A DNA stretch of 64,000 nucleotides from Eledone cirrhosa (Eukaryota), in the NCBI GenBank assembly GCA_964016885.1, contig OZ024740.1, positions 214,210,001-214,274,000 on the forward strand, read 5' to 3'. Positions 26,199 to 41,436 of the stretch are shown here, in pieces. The position numbers and the translations under genes were made by a program. The notes under the pieces were generated by a model. That model had not been told where the DNA came from. It searched no databases and saw only the letters and a program-made list of their open reading frames with translations. The stretch's first letter is position 1. The number at the start of each line of letters is the position of its first letter.

Positions 26199-26239
<41 letters not shown>

Positions 26240-26318
26240 CATACACATACATCTAAATATACATACACATACATACACACATACATGTACATACATGTAC
26301 ATACATATACGCACATCG

Positions 26319-26359
<41 letters not shown>

Positions 26360-26643
26360 TAGACATATAGATACATACACACACAACTTACATACACACA
26401 TATATATATATACATGTATATTCATACATAGAATTAGATATATAATCATACATACATATGCACTTACTTATACTCATATATACAAATACATACGCATCCA
26501 TATATGCGTATATACATAAAAAACCACTACAACCTCACCTAACTCAGACATACAAATAAAAATAATAATAAAAAATAATAAAAAGGCATATGTATATACA
26601 TACACACACGCATTAATAGAGATATATATATTCACACATACAT

Positions 26644-26702
<59 letters not shown>

Positions 26703-26981
26703 TATATATATATATACACACACATACACTCATACATATATATATATATATATATACACATAGATATCCACACACTCATACCACCATAAATACACATACA
26801 AACACCCACATATACATATATATACACACGTATATATATATATATATATATACACACACATAAAAAACAGACATGCACATATATATATATATTTTTTTAC
26901 ACTTATATATACACATATTATATACACATACACAACCTCACTTATACACACATACACATAAGTTATATTATAATAATAAAG

Positions 26982-27038
<57 letters not shown>

Positions 27039-27130
27039 CATACATACATACATACACATACATACATATAAACATATACATAAATAAATACACACATACG
27101 AATAAAGACATATATTCACACATAGACACC

Positions 27131-27180
<50 letters not shown>

Positions 27181-28133
27181 CATACATATACACAGACACA
27201 TATACACACTCACATATATATATATATGTGTGTGTGTGCACACACACATATATACACACACACACACAAATACACATAAACACATACATATGCATACATG
27301 CACACACACACACATATATCACATAGATACGAAGATAAACATATAAATAGAGAGACATACATATATATACAACACACATACACACACATACATACACACG
27401 CATATACATATACATATATATATATATACATATATATATTCCTATATATACATGCATACACATACATACACATATATACACATACATACACATATACGTA
27501 CACACATTCACATACACATACATATATAATGCATATATACACATATATACATACATATACACACTCATATATACACACGCAATCTTACATTCATATTTGC
27601 ATGCGCATATATGTATTTTTATATTTAGATATAAATACCCAAACCTATATAGACACCTACCTACATATATATTCATACATAGACGCTTACAAATACAGAT
27701 GATAATAGTATGGGGGAAAGGGGGGGTTTGGAGAAGGGGATCAAAGTAAATATATGTTTCAAGAAACATAGAATATTTTCCGTATCTTTATCCAATGTAT
27801 GTTCTTACATATTTTCAGTGTTAGGAAACACGACAAACAAGAACTAAGGCAAAATCTATGCATCTCAAAATAAATAAGTATACCATTAATCATATGTTAA
27901 CTAAACCAAAGATAGTCAACATATTGATTTCTAAGGTGTAAATTAGTTAGGTTTATAATATTTGAAGCAGAATTTTGAAGTTAAACAGTAGTAGATTATT
28001 AATTACAGTATAACTAAATTAAAGTTAATAACGTTATGGTATCAATATTAGGAAATGAATTTAGTAATAGGGAAAAAAAAAACACAAATAAAAATAAAAT
28101 AAAGTATTTCACAAATAAAAATAAAATAAAGTA

Positions 28134-29690
28134 TTTCAGAATGAATACTGGACCAGAAACACATACAGTAATCTTTTTGATATTACTATGGGTTCAAGCG
28201 ATTCCGCCCAAATTACTGATCTTGTGGGCCTCTTTCTCCTTTTCAACATAAATGCCTCTTTTCCCCACCTCAAAGGTGGTTTATATCGTGATGACTGTCT
28301 TCTTCTTTCTAACAACCTTAGCCTTTCAGAAATCGAAAAAAACAAAAAACATATTAGAACTTTCCTTAAAGACTATTATAATCTTAATATTACTTTTGAA
28401 AAAACAAGTAAAGTAGTAAATTTCCTAGATATAACTTTAGATTTAGCTACGGGTATCTACCAACCTTACCATAAACCTAACCAAAACTTACATTACATAC
28501 ACTCACAATCTAATCACCCTAAATCTATCCTTAAAAACCTTGCATATAATATATCACTTAGAATTTCTAACCTTTCTTCTAACCAAGATGTATTTGATAA
28601 AAATGCGACCTTCTATAACGAAGCTCTAGATAGAAGTGGCCACAAAAATAGATTAGAATATATACCTTCTACTAAAAATACTGAAAGCATACAACATAAT
28701 ATTACCAACAAACACCAAATGAAAAGTACACACCTAAATGCCACCCACACTATACCCCAAAATACTAAATCTTCTAATATAAAGTATAGTAACTCTCAAA
28801 AAACTACTCATCATACAACTATAATAAATATTAATAATAAAACTCCTAATAAAAAAGATAAAACACCTAAATCTACAAATATAACTAAAAATAGTTGTGG
28901 GGAGATCATTAACATTAATCCTCCTAGTAAAAATCACGATACAACCTATAAAAATAATAAAAATAATAAACAACATAGAAACCGTAATAGACGGGTTATT
29001 TGGTATAATGCTCCTTTTAATTTACAAGTTAAGGATAATATTGCTAAAAAATTTTTTTATATCCTTGAGAAAAACTTCCCGCCAAACCACAAATACCATC
29101 AAATCTTAAATAGGTCTACAGTTAAATTCTCATACTCTACAACAAATAACATAAAACAAAATATAAGTGCATATAATGCATATAAATGTAAGAAAACCAT
29201 AAGTATACCACCAGTACATCAAATTAACCATAATATCTCCTCAAATACAGAATTAACGAAAGGATGTAACTGTAGAAACAAAGCAAACTGCCCATTAAAA
29301 GGGAATTGTCTTGTTAACAACATAGTCTATAAATGTAATGTTAAAACTAAAGATTCTATTTGCTCATATATAGGAGCTACCTCTAACAATTTTAAGACAA
29401 GGTTTAATACCCACAAGCATAGTTTTAAAAATGCCGCACTGGCTAATACAACATCTCTAGCAGAAAAAATCAATAGTTATAAAAATAAGAATATAAAATA
29501 TGATTTGACCTGGAGTGTGCTCAAAAGAGCCACCCCTTATCAAAATAATAGAAATGAATGTAGATTATGTTCCCAAGAACTATTTGAAATAATGAAGTCT
29601 AAGGATATCTTATTAAATAAACGACAGGAATTAATTATATCGTGTAATCATAAACTAAAAAAAACATTTAAATATTATAAACCTAATTAA
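28134..29690 (+). CDS. PLE reverse transcriptase C-terminal half + GIY-YIG endonuclease (5'-truncated, frame open)
   Basis: W...LFDITMGSSDSAQITDLVGL, GLYRDD, VNFLDITLDL, YIHSQSNHP, CNCRNKANCPLKGNCL..IVYKC.V, YIGATSNNFKTRFNTH, CRLCSQE; frame extends 18 codons upstream of the ATG at 28188. Confidence 0.92.
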   Translation, partial: FQNEYWTRNTYSNLFDITMGSSDSAQITDLVGLFLLFNINASFPHLKGGLYRDDCLLLSNNLSLSEIEKNKKHIRTFLKDYYNLNITFEKTSKVVNFLDITLDLATGIYQPYHKPNQNLHYIHSQSNHPKSILKNLAYNISLRISNLSSNQDVFDKNATFYNEALDRSGHKNRLEYIPSTKNTESIQHNITNKHQMKSTHLNATHTIPQNTKSSNIKYSNSQKTTHHTTIININNKTPNKKDKTPKSTNITKNSCGEIININPPSKNHDTTYKNNKNNKQHRNRNRRVIWYNAPFNLQVKDNIAKKFFYILEKNFPPNHKYHQILNRSTVKFSYSTTNNIKQNISAYNAYKCKKTISIPPVHQINHNISSNTELTKGCNCRNKANCPLKGNCLVNNIVYKCNVKTKDSICSYIGATSNNFKTRFNTHKHSFKNAALANTTSLAEKINSYKNKNIKYDLTWSVLKRATPYQNNRNECRLCSQELFEIMKSKDILLNKRQELIISCNHKLKKTFKYYKPN

Positions 29691-30213
29691 TAACATTATT
29701 TTAGAAATTAATTTAATTTAAATGTTAGTTAACCTATAAATTTAATTTAATTAATATTTTATTACAGATGAGAATATAAAATATTATGTAATCATAAATT
29801 GTGAAAAACCTTTAAATATTACTAATATATACTTAGTAATTTAATTTATAGATTAATTTTAATTTATTTAAACCTTTTATTATAACTCTTTTACAGATAA
29901 AATATAACAAAATAATATCGTGTATCCAATGACAGAGAAATAATTTTTAGTATTATAGACCTAATTAATATACATTTTAGAAATATATTTATTATTTGGT
30001 TTTAGTTTTAATCAACCTAAAAATTTTAATTTTAATTTGCTTAAAATTAGTATCCTTATACAGACGAATTGCAGAATGTCATGTAATCATAGAATGGGAT
30101 GTGTTTTGGATATATACCTAGTTAATATATTCTATGCAATTTTTTGAAAAAGATATGTATATGTATATGTGTATGTGTATGTGTGTGTGTGTATGTGTAT
30201 GTGTATGTATGTA

Positions 30214-30256
<43 letters not shown>

Positions 30257-31381
30257 ATATGTATGTATATATGTATGTGTATGTATATGTATATGTATGC
30301 GTATTAATTTTGATTTCTATTTGCATATAATTATATTATGCTATTGATGAAATACAATATCTGCTTTATGTATTGTATACCTAATTAACATATACTATTG
30401 AAATAAATATATAATTTTTAATTTAGTTAACATATAATTTATATTCTACTACCGATGTAATACTTTATTTTATTTTTATTTGTGTTTTTTTTTTCCCTAT
30501 TACTAAATTCATTTCCTAATATTGATACCATAACGTTATTAACTTTAATTTAGTTATACTGTAATTAATAATCTACTACTGTTTAACTTCAAAATTCTGC
30601 TTCAAATATTATAAACCTAACTAATTTACACCTTAGAAATCAATATGTTGACTATCTTTGGTTTAGTTAACATATGATTAATGGTATACTTATTTATTTT
30701 GAGATGCATAGATTTTGCCTTAGTTCTTGTTTGTCGTGTTTCCTAACACTGAAAATATGTAAGAACATACATTGGATAAAGATACGGAAAATATTCTATG
30801 TTTCTTGAAACATATATTTACTTTGATCCCCTTCTCCAAACCCCCCCTTTCCCCCATACTATTATCATCTGTATTTGTAAGCGTCTATGTATGAATATAT
30901 ATGTAGGTAGGTGTCTATATAGGTTTGGGTATTTATATCTAAATATAAAAATACATATATGCGCATGCAAATATGAATGTAAGATTGCGTGTGTATATAT
31001 GAGTGTGTATATGTATGTATATATGTGTATATATGCATTATATATGTATGTGTATGTGAATGTGTGTACGTATATGTGTATGTATGTGTATATATGTGTA
31101 TGTATGTGTATGCATGTATATATAGGAATATATATATGTATATATATATATATGTATATGTATATGCGTGTGTATGTATGTGTGTGTATGTGTGTTGTAT
31201 ATATATGTATGTCTCTCTATTTATATGTTTATCTTCGTATCTATGTGATATATGTGTGTGTGTGTGCATGTATGCATATGTATGTGTTTATGTGTATTTG
31301 TGTGTGTGTGTGTATATATGTGTGTGTGCACACACACACATATATATATATATGTGAGTGTGTATATGTGTCTGTGTATAT

Positions 31382-31438
<57 letters not shown>

Positions 31439-31528
31439 TGTCTATGTGTGAATATATGTCTTTATTCGTATGTGTGTATTTATTTATGTATATGTTTATA
31501 TGTATGTATGTGTATGTATGTATGTATG

Positions 31529-31581
<53 letters not shown>

Positions 31582-31702
31582 CTTTATTATTATAATATAA
31601 CTTATGTGTATGTGTGTATAAGTGAGGTTGTGTATGTGTATATAATATGTGTATATATAAGTGTAAAAAAATATATATATATATGTGCATGTCTGTTTTT
31701 TA

Positions 31703-31734
<32 letters not shown>

Positions 31735-31802
31735 CGTGTGTATATATATGTATATGTGGGTGTTTGTATGTGTATTTATGGTGGTATGAGTGTGTGGATA
31801 TC

Positions 31803-31842
<40 letters not shown>

Positions 31843-31870
31843 AGTGTATGTGTGTGTATATATATATATA

Positions 31871-31913
<43 letters not shown>

Positions 31914-32195
31914 ATGTATGTGTGAATATATATATCTCTATTAATGCGTGTGTGTATGTATATACATATGCCTTTTTATTATTTTTTATTATTATTTTTA
32001 TTTGTATGTCTGAGTTAGGTGAGGTTGTAGTGGTTTTTTATGTATATACGCATATATGGATGCGTATGTATTTGTATATATGAGTATAAGTAAGTGCATA
32101 TGTATGTATGATTATATATCTAATTCTATGTATGAATATACATGTATATATATATGTGTGTATGTAAGTTGTGTGTGTATGTATCTATATGTCTA

Positions 32196-32236
<41 letters not shown>

Positions 32237-33171
32237 CGATGTGCGTATATGTATGTACATGTATGTACATGTATGTGTGTATGTATGTGTATGTATATTT
32301 AGATGTATGTGTATGTATATGTATATATATATATATATGTGTGTGTGTATATATATATAGGTATATATCTTTATTATTTATTTTTTTTATATATATGTGT
32401 ATGTGTGTATGTGTTGCGTGTGCGTGTGTGTATATATATATCTTTATATATGTGTATGTGTATGTTCGTGTAAGTGTATGTGTGTGTATGACTGTATATG
32501 TATGTGTGTATGTGTGTATGCGTAAATATTTCTATGTGTGTGTACATGTATGTATGTCTATATATCTGTATGTGTATGTATATTATATTATATTTATTAT
32601 ATTTTATTGTTTTATTTTTTTATTTTTCTTAATTTATAGATACATTTATATTAGGCAGTCTGCTCAGACAATTGAATACTGACCCCTCCCCCCCCCCTCC
32701 CACCTAATTTCTGTATCTTGATCTAAAAATGTGTGTGCCAGTGTTTTATGTGAGTGAATTAATATCCATGTGCTTATGATTTTATATCCACATATATAAA
32801 TGTGAGTGGGGGTGTGTGTGTGTTTGTATGTTCGTGGTTATGTGTATATTTATGCATATACGCGCGTGTACGTGTGATTGTACTGATATGTGTGAGTATG
32901 AAAAAAAATATATTTATATACTTGATTTCATAAGTATCAATGCGCATCTTATCTGCGCATTGTAAGCTTACAGAGACATTAACCTTGAAATTTTGTATTT
33001 GCATCCATCCTTTTAGTATGCGTATACAAATTATACATACATTTTTGTAAAGTATGTGTAAGGGTTTTACATGTATATACACACACCGAACTGCATTTAA
33101 CCCTTTGTGTTTTCATTGGTCAATTTTGAACTGAAATTTTGAATTGTTGTTATTATCAATAAATATACTTC

Positions 33172-33320
33172 ATTATTTCTGAAGACGGCGTATATATGTG
33201 TTTGGTATGTATATTTAATCTTGATAATTTGTATAATTTTGTATAATTTTGTACATAGATCTGTTGAATATGCATACCAATTCTAACACATATATATCCT
33301 AGAAACGATCGTTAAATAAT
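33172..33320 (+). ncRNA. Type I hammerhead with about 115-nt stem II region (H2); mirror copy at 25228-25376 (-)
   Basis: attattt-CTGAAGA-...-GAAA-cgatcg-TT-aaataat; sense to the PLE ORF. Confidence 0.7.
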
Positions 33321-33509
33321 GAACTTTTTTTGTTTAATATAAGGAATTGTTTATTCATTATTTGTTTAATATTTTATCTTGACTCTGTATACCGTTTATC
33401 TTTCACCGAAAGTGGTTTTTTCATTACATCTCTTCTTTCCATGATATCCGGAATACATTGAGTTCTTCATACGGATTGGACACTACCGTAAACTCTTGGT
33501 AGATTTATC

Positions 33510-33544
<35 letters not shown>

Positions 33545-33550
<6 letters not shown>

Positions 33551-34011
33551 TCTGTCTCGTTAATTTATTAACCTGCCATTAAACCACATTGGCATATGGT
33601 TGGATAATACATGTGTCCCTATACGTTTTTTGCGTGTAGGGATATATACTTTATTATTATTAATCTCCCCCTGGTCGAGATGAAATTTGGTTGTTTTGAC
33701 TACTGCTATTTATAGTGGTAGTAGATTGACCTCCGTGCCTCTGCCTTCTGTCTCTGCACACGGCACTGGACAGAATTGCTTCCACATCATTCATTCTGAT
33801 CTCGGGAACAATTTTGAATAGCGCCAGTTCGTAATTCGAACTCAGGAATTTTGTATTCTCCGAGTGAAAAGAACCTTCTGACGAGAGTTTATCTTTTCAA
33901 TGGAAGCCCGCAAGGACTATCCATTTATTTTTGAGACTCGAAACCGATTCGGTAAAGGTAACCATAGTAAGTATAGTGAATTTTTTGAAACTTTTTATTT
34001 GCTAAACCTTG

Positions 34012-34014
<3 letters not shown>
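33545..34014 (+). mobile_element. About 470-bp non-coding HHR element (retrozyme-like family E)
   Basis: No meaningful ORF; near-identical copy at 35088-35559; diverged relative at 44766-45240 (-). Confidence 0.8.
33873..33959 (+). ncRNA. Canonical type I hammerhead (E)
   Basis: acctt-CTGACGA-gagttt...agactc-GAAA-ccg att cgg-TA-aaggt. Confidence 0.88.
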
Positions 34015-34028
<14 letters not shown>

Positions 34029-34051
<23 letters not shown>

Positions 34052-34746
34052 AAAAATTTTCTTATTTTACGTCTTTTATATTATTGTTCTGCATCCTCCT
34101 GCATTGAACCACCTAGGTACTATGACATAACCTGTGTATTTGCTGGCATTAGCGTACATCTGTGCGCTTATGTTAGTTGATATATTAAATTATCTATATT
34201 TATCTCCAAATCACTGATTTGTCGAGCAAACCTGCCAAAACCACTTCTAAAATTTTTTTGAGGGTGTTAGTAGGCGTCTGTCATCTTACCATCCCATTCC
34301 TACTGACTAGCCTCTGTGTCACGTGATTGATTCTTTAGAATCGGCCATTTGACTAGAGGCAGTGAGGATTTCAGTGCATGGAATTTAGTCCCCGCTAGCT
34401 GTTCCATCTACCGAATTATTATTATTTTTATATGAGCCGCCAGTGTCCGCGCATTGCCTGGAGACTTAGCTGAGAATAGACTCCCTGATGACGCAATGAA
34501 TTCTCGACAGTTAGATTACGTAACTGTCTTTATCCCATTGCAGAAACTAATTAGTTGGAGTGAAAATTTAAGTAAGTAAGTTAAAATTTAAAAAAAAAAC
34601 TTTTTAAAAAAATTTTCTTATTTTACGTCTTTTATATTATTGTTCTGCATCCTCCTGCATTGAACCACCTAGGTACTATGACATAACCTGTGTATTTGCT
34701 GGCATTAGCGTACATCTGTGCGCTTATGTTAGTTGATATATTAAAT

Positions 34747-34750
<4 letters not shown>
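34029..34750 (+). mobile_element. About 577-bp non-coding HHR unit (family C) with about 145-bp terminal direct repeat
   Basis: 34029-34193 is repeated at 34606-34750 and 35600-35742. Confidence 0.8.
34480..34561 (+). ncRNA. Canonical type I hammerhead (C)
   Basis: actcc-CTGATGA-cgcaatg...cattgca-GAAA-ctaattag-TT-ggagt; palindromic stem III. Confidence 0.85.
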
Positions 34751-34841
<91 letters not shown>

Positions 34842-35031
34842 GTTTGAATATGTGTAATAAGGCCAAAACAATGCATGTATGGACATAGAAAAAATAATGC
34901 AATAGTAAAAGAATTCGTCTTTCACCTTGAATTTATTTAAATGTCCTTAATTTTCGAGATAATATCTCTTCTTCGGAGGGAAATAAAGGTCTCAAACCAG
35001 CGTCTTAAATCTCTAGCCAAGCCATGACCGG

Positions 35032-35087
<56 letters not shown>

Positions 35088-35095
<8 letters not shown>

Positions 35096-35556
35096 TCTGT
35101 CTCGTTAATTTATTAACCTGCCATTAAACCACATTGGCATATGGTTGGATAATACATGTGTCCCCATAAGTTTTTTGCGTGTAGGGATATATACTTTATT
35201 ATTATTAATCTCCCCCTGGTCGAGATGAAATTTGGTTGTTTTGACTACTGCTATTTATAGTGGTAGTAGATTGACCTCCGTGCCTCTGCCTTCTATCTCT
35301 GCACACGGCACTGGACAGAATTGCTTCCACATCATTCATTCTCATCTCGGGAACAATTTTGAATAGCGCCAGTTCGTAATTCGAACTCAGGAATTTTGTA
35401 TTCTCCGAGTGAAAAGAACCTTCTGACGAGAGTTTATCTTTTCAATGGAAGCCCGCAAGGACTATCCATTTATTTTTGAGACTCGAAACCGATTCGGTAA
35501 AGGTAACCATAGTAAGTATAGTGAATTTTTTGAAACTTTTTATTTGCTAAACCTTG

Positions 35557-35559
<3 letters not shown>
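35088..35559 (+). mobile_element. Second copy of family E
   Basis: Only a few substitutions relative to 33545-34014. Confidence 0.8.
35418..35504 (+). ncRNA. Canonical type I hammerhead (E)
   Basis: Same motif as 33873-33959. Confidence 0.88.
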
Positions 35560-35605
<46 letters not shown>

Positions 35606-35738
35606 TTTTCTTATTTTACGTCTTTTATATTATTGTTCTGCATCCTCCTGCATTGAACCACCTAGGTACTATGACATAACCTGTGTATTTGCTGGCATTA
35701 GCGTACATCTGTGCGCTTATGTTAGTTGATATATTAAA

Positions 35739-35854
<116 letters not shown>

Positions 35855-35865
35855 ATATATATATA

Positions 35866-37465
<1,600 letters not shown>

Positions 37466-37810
37466 GTTGGTGTTGTTATGGAAGTACCAGCAAGGATATT
37501 CACTGCCCTCCTTACTCAGATGTACATTGAAGTCCCCAATGTCTCACCTATGTACACTATATTCTTATCTTTACATTGTCCTTCAGTACATCTTATGCTA
37601 TATACTACATTTCTAGTTTTACAGTTAATATGGGGGCTTAGTTTACAGATTATGCATTTCTTATCTATACAGGGACGTCTTTGAAAAGGGTATGTATTGC
37701 TAATAAGGGTTTTTATGGAGGTACCTTGTCTTTCTACTATCTTAATATTAAGTTTGTGTTTATCTAGGGCTCTTCTAAATTTGTAAGCATTAAGTAGCTT
37801 CACACATTCT
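37466..37810 (-). pseudogene. PLE Cys-rich linker + GIY-YIG fragment
   Basis: IKIVERQGTSIK.L...PF...C...CIIC......CKTRNVVYSIRC...C....VYIGET. Confidence 0.8.
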
Positions 37811-38551
37811 TTGGAACGTCCAAGGGCAAAACTACCAGGAGAAATATCACAATGTATCCGACATTCTAATAAGTCTTACCGTTTCAATATCTATTGATAT
37901 CACTTACAGTGTGGAATCTCGGTCTGCCTGCTTTTGAACGTCAAAGATATTTTCATTGAATTAAATAATATAGACACACGCATACACACATACATAAACG
38001 CACATTTACAAACACACACATACACACATATATACACACACGTACACACACACATATATATATATATATATACATACACACGCGTACATACACACATGCA
38101 CACACACACATGCACACACACTTACATACACACACATACACACTTATATACACATACACACGCGTACACACACATACACACACACACGAATACGCACATA
38201 CATACATATACACACACACACCACACATACTTACATACACGAGCGCATACACTTACACACACATACACACACGCGCACACACACACACACATACATACAC
38301 ACATAAGCCTCCCCAACAAACACACGTACCCTTCCACAATATACAAATATATAAACAGAATCATGAAAGCAGAACCAAACATTATAGCTGTTGTACATGT
38401 GAATTATAATCGTATTTATTTCTTTTATTGCTGAGGTTAACTTTGCCTTGCATCCTTACGGGGTCGATAAAATAAAGTACCAGTAATGTACTTGGTAATT
38501 GCTGGTCTTGTGCCAAAAGTAGAAACAATTATTTATATAATAATTTCACTT

Positions 38552-38738
38552 TACGAGGGTCGGCTGAATATGAAAGAGTAATGCTAGAGCTGTGAAATCT
38601 TGCGTTCGTTAATTTCAACTCTTCTTATTAATAACTGCATTGTTTTATCTCCAGGGACTATGTTGAAAAATAAACCTCATTTGGTCATTTCATGAGAGTA
38701 TCTTGGTCAGCCTATGAACTTTTCAGTCGACTTTGTAT
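38552..38738. mobile_element. Mariner-like MITE remnant
   Basis: TA-flanked imperfect TIRs tacgagggtcggctgaa / ttcagtcgactttgta. Confidence 0.55.
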
Positions 38739-38817
38739 AGTGAATATATAGCTCACCCCATATATATATGTATAAGAGGGCTCGATATATATAAACCCGT
38801 AGAGCAAATATTTATTA

Positions 38818-39415
38818 CTAGCAGTGATACCCGGCGTTGCACGGGATAAGGTATTTTGGAACGCGGGCCGCCAAAAGACCTAATCGTGGAAAAACTGCAT
38901 GCGTGGACAATATGTAAAGAAAATAAACCGAATACTCTGATGGCTGGATAATCTTTAAGATTTTCCTCGATGAAGCAGGAAAAATGCAGGTTTTCACCTA
39001 ATGCGGGCCCTAGGGGATCAAGAAAATGAATTTTTTTATGTGCATAATATACCTTGAAATTTCTGGAAAATCGGCTAGACGTAACGCCTCAAAAAAGCCC
39101 TAAAAAGCTGAAAAAAATGAAGTTTTTCACCTAATGCGGGTCCTAGACCATAAAAAAAGTTGTATTTTCTTTGCTCACGGTATGAAGAAGGGACTGACTA
39201 ATACATAGTTACAATTTCAAGGAAATCAGTCTGACATAACGACTCAAAAAAACACTAAAAACCTGAAAAACGCAGTTTTTCAACTAATGCGGGCCCTAGG
39301 GATCACAAAGTTGAATTTTATGTGCATAACACTCCCTGAAACATAAGTAATACACATGTAAAGTTTGAAAAAAGTCGGTTGGGTACTTCTCGAGTTTTAG
39401 GGAGTCAAACTCGCA

Positions 39416-39509
<94 letters not shown>

Positions 39510-39806
39510 TCCTCAGAGAAGTGACGTAATGCAGACAATCAGACATACAGACAGATATTATAAGGGCGTGACGTTATATGTATCTATCTAAAAAGAGAAA
39601 GACTAAGAATTATAGAGAGAGATCGCTAAATCATCTAATGTGGTCCCTAGGGCATGGAAAATTTGAATTTATTTTGCTCAGAACACTCCCTGAAACATAA
39701 GTATTAGATGTGTAAAGTTTGAAAACAGTCGGTTGGGTGCTTCTCGAGTTTTAGGGATTCAACTTACACACACACAGACGGACATCCTCAGTTTTATATA
39801 TATAGA
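38818..39806 (-). mobile_element. Non-autonomous Helitron, both termini present
   Basis: 5' TCTATATATATAAAACTGAGG at 39806; 3' hairpin cccgtgcaacgccggg + CTAG|T at 38818; internal about 140-bp subrepeats. Confidence 0.85.
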
Positions 39807-39883
39807 CTAGCAGAAAACCGCCCCCGAGTGGTTTTCTGCTAGTATATATATATATTACACACACAGAAATGTATATATATTTC

Positions 39884-39922
<39 letters not shown>

Positions 39923-40338
39923 CACACACAGAAATGTATATATATTTCTGTGTGTATATATATATATTTTTGTGTGTGTATATATATATATATATGTTAC
40001 ACACATACAGAAATGTATATATGTTTCTGTAGCACTCCTCAATTCCCCCCCCCTCTCTCCCTCCCGCTATCCCCCTCTTGTAGTCTGTCTCTTTCTTTCA
40101 CTCTCACTCTCTCTCTACGCGTGCGCCAAAAACATTCGCACGCGCGCACGTGTTTTAGCGTCTATTCACTCTCTCTCTCTCCCTCTCTCCCCCCGCTATC
40201 CCCCTCTCGTAGTCTGTCTCTTTCTTTCACTCTCACTCTCTCTCTACGCGTGCGCAAAAAACATTCGCACGCGCGCACGTGTTTCCACTGTCGGACAGAC
40301 AGACAAACAGAGAAATTGCTGGTTATATATTATAAGGA
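39807..40338 (-). mobile_element. Second non-autonomous Helitron abutting the first (interrupted)
   Basis: CTAG end at 39807; 5'-like TCCTTATAATATATAACC followed by a tctg tract at 40338; internal about 115-bp duplication. Confidence 0.55.
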
Positions 40339-40754
40339 GATAAGAACAGATTAAAGTTTAAGGAAAGAATCGTTGCTTTCACCCTTAACGGGATCTTCTG
40401 AAGATCCCGTTAAGGATGAAAGTTATACCCATTTTTACAAGGGAAAACATCTCTCCAAAGTGGTGAGAGATCTCGCCGTTGGACAGGGAGAGTTGAAAGG
40501 TTTGCATACTTAAATTTCGCTGTATTGCATACTGTATATGCTTCCCAACGCAGCTCTATTCCAAATCATGCTGTGTTAGTGCTACTGTTCATTATTAACC
40601 CGTCAAGCCCGCAGTAGGTGAAAATGTATTATTTACAAAATCTATATATTAGCTCGACTATTTCTATGTCCGCGCGCATATACACCCACATGCACCCATG
40701 TATATATATACACATATACATATACATATGTACATGTGTATATACATATTTACA

Positions 40755-41095
40755 CACTTTTGGATGGCCATTGACTCTTCTCAGTTCTTCCGACCTTTGT
40801 CAGGTTTTTTATCCTGCTGGGTGTCCAAAATCATGTACATACATGTACATATATACATACATACATACATACATGGTGGCTGCCAACTCGTTTTCGAGTA
40901 CGGCCACTACTTTATATCCATGTAGGAGAACCCCTACCGATGCGCTGAACGAGTGTGACGTTTTAGTCCAGCCAGCGACTTGAAAACTCTGGTACAAACA
41001 CTACACTTGTGACAATTATTGACATATAGTGCTGGGCCCATGGTACCATGTGACGACAAGTGCAGAGAGATCTCCAGATATAAAGCAATGCCATC
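40755..41095 (-). mobile_element. R2 retroposon fragments
   Basis: Matches 8105-8185 and 8383-8600; CSVCTRVFKSLAGLKRHTRSAHR. Confidence 0.75.
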
Positions 41096-41308
41096 GCTTG
41101 ATACATAAGGATGAGCATCAGGGACGTGGCTTTTTAGTCCTTCTAGGGACTTGCCTATGGCCAGCAATACCATGCATAGCAAAAAATGTTACATATCAAA
41201 CGATGTGCTTGAAGCTTTTTTATAGTGATAAATGGTTTGTCTTGTCCATTTTAAACCCGTTTTCTTCTGTGGGAGTAGGTGTGTGTGTGTCTGAGTGTGT
41301 GTGTGTGT

Positions 41309-41436
<128 letters not shown>

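Larger units (their letters stand above)
25171..33512 (+). mobile_element. Penelope-like element, 5'-truncated, with about 2.9-kb inverted arms (25171-28108 / 30459-33377) and about 135-bp tail
   Basis: RT-GIY-YIG ORF in the spacer; mirrored ORF pairs in the track (27116-27769 / 30798-31451); HHR near the 3' end; TA flanks. Confidence 0.92.
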
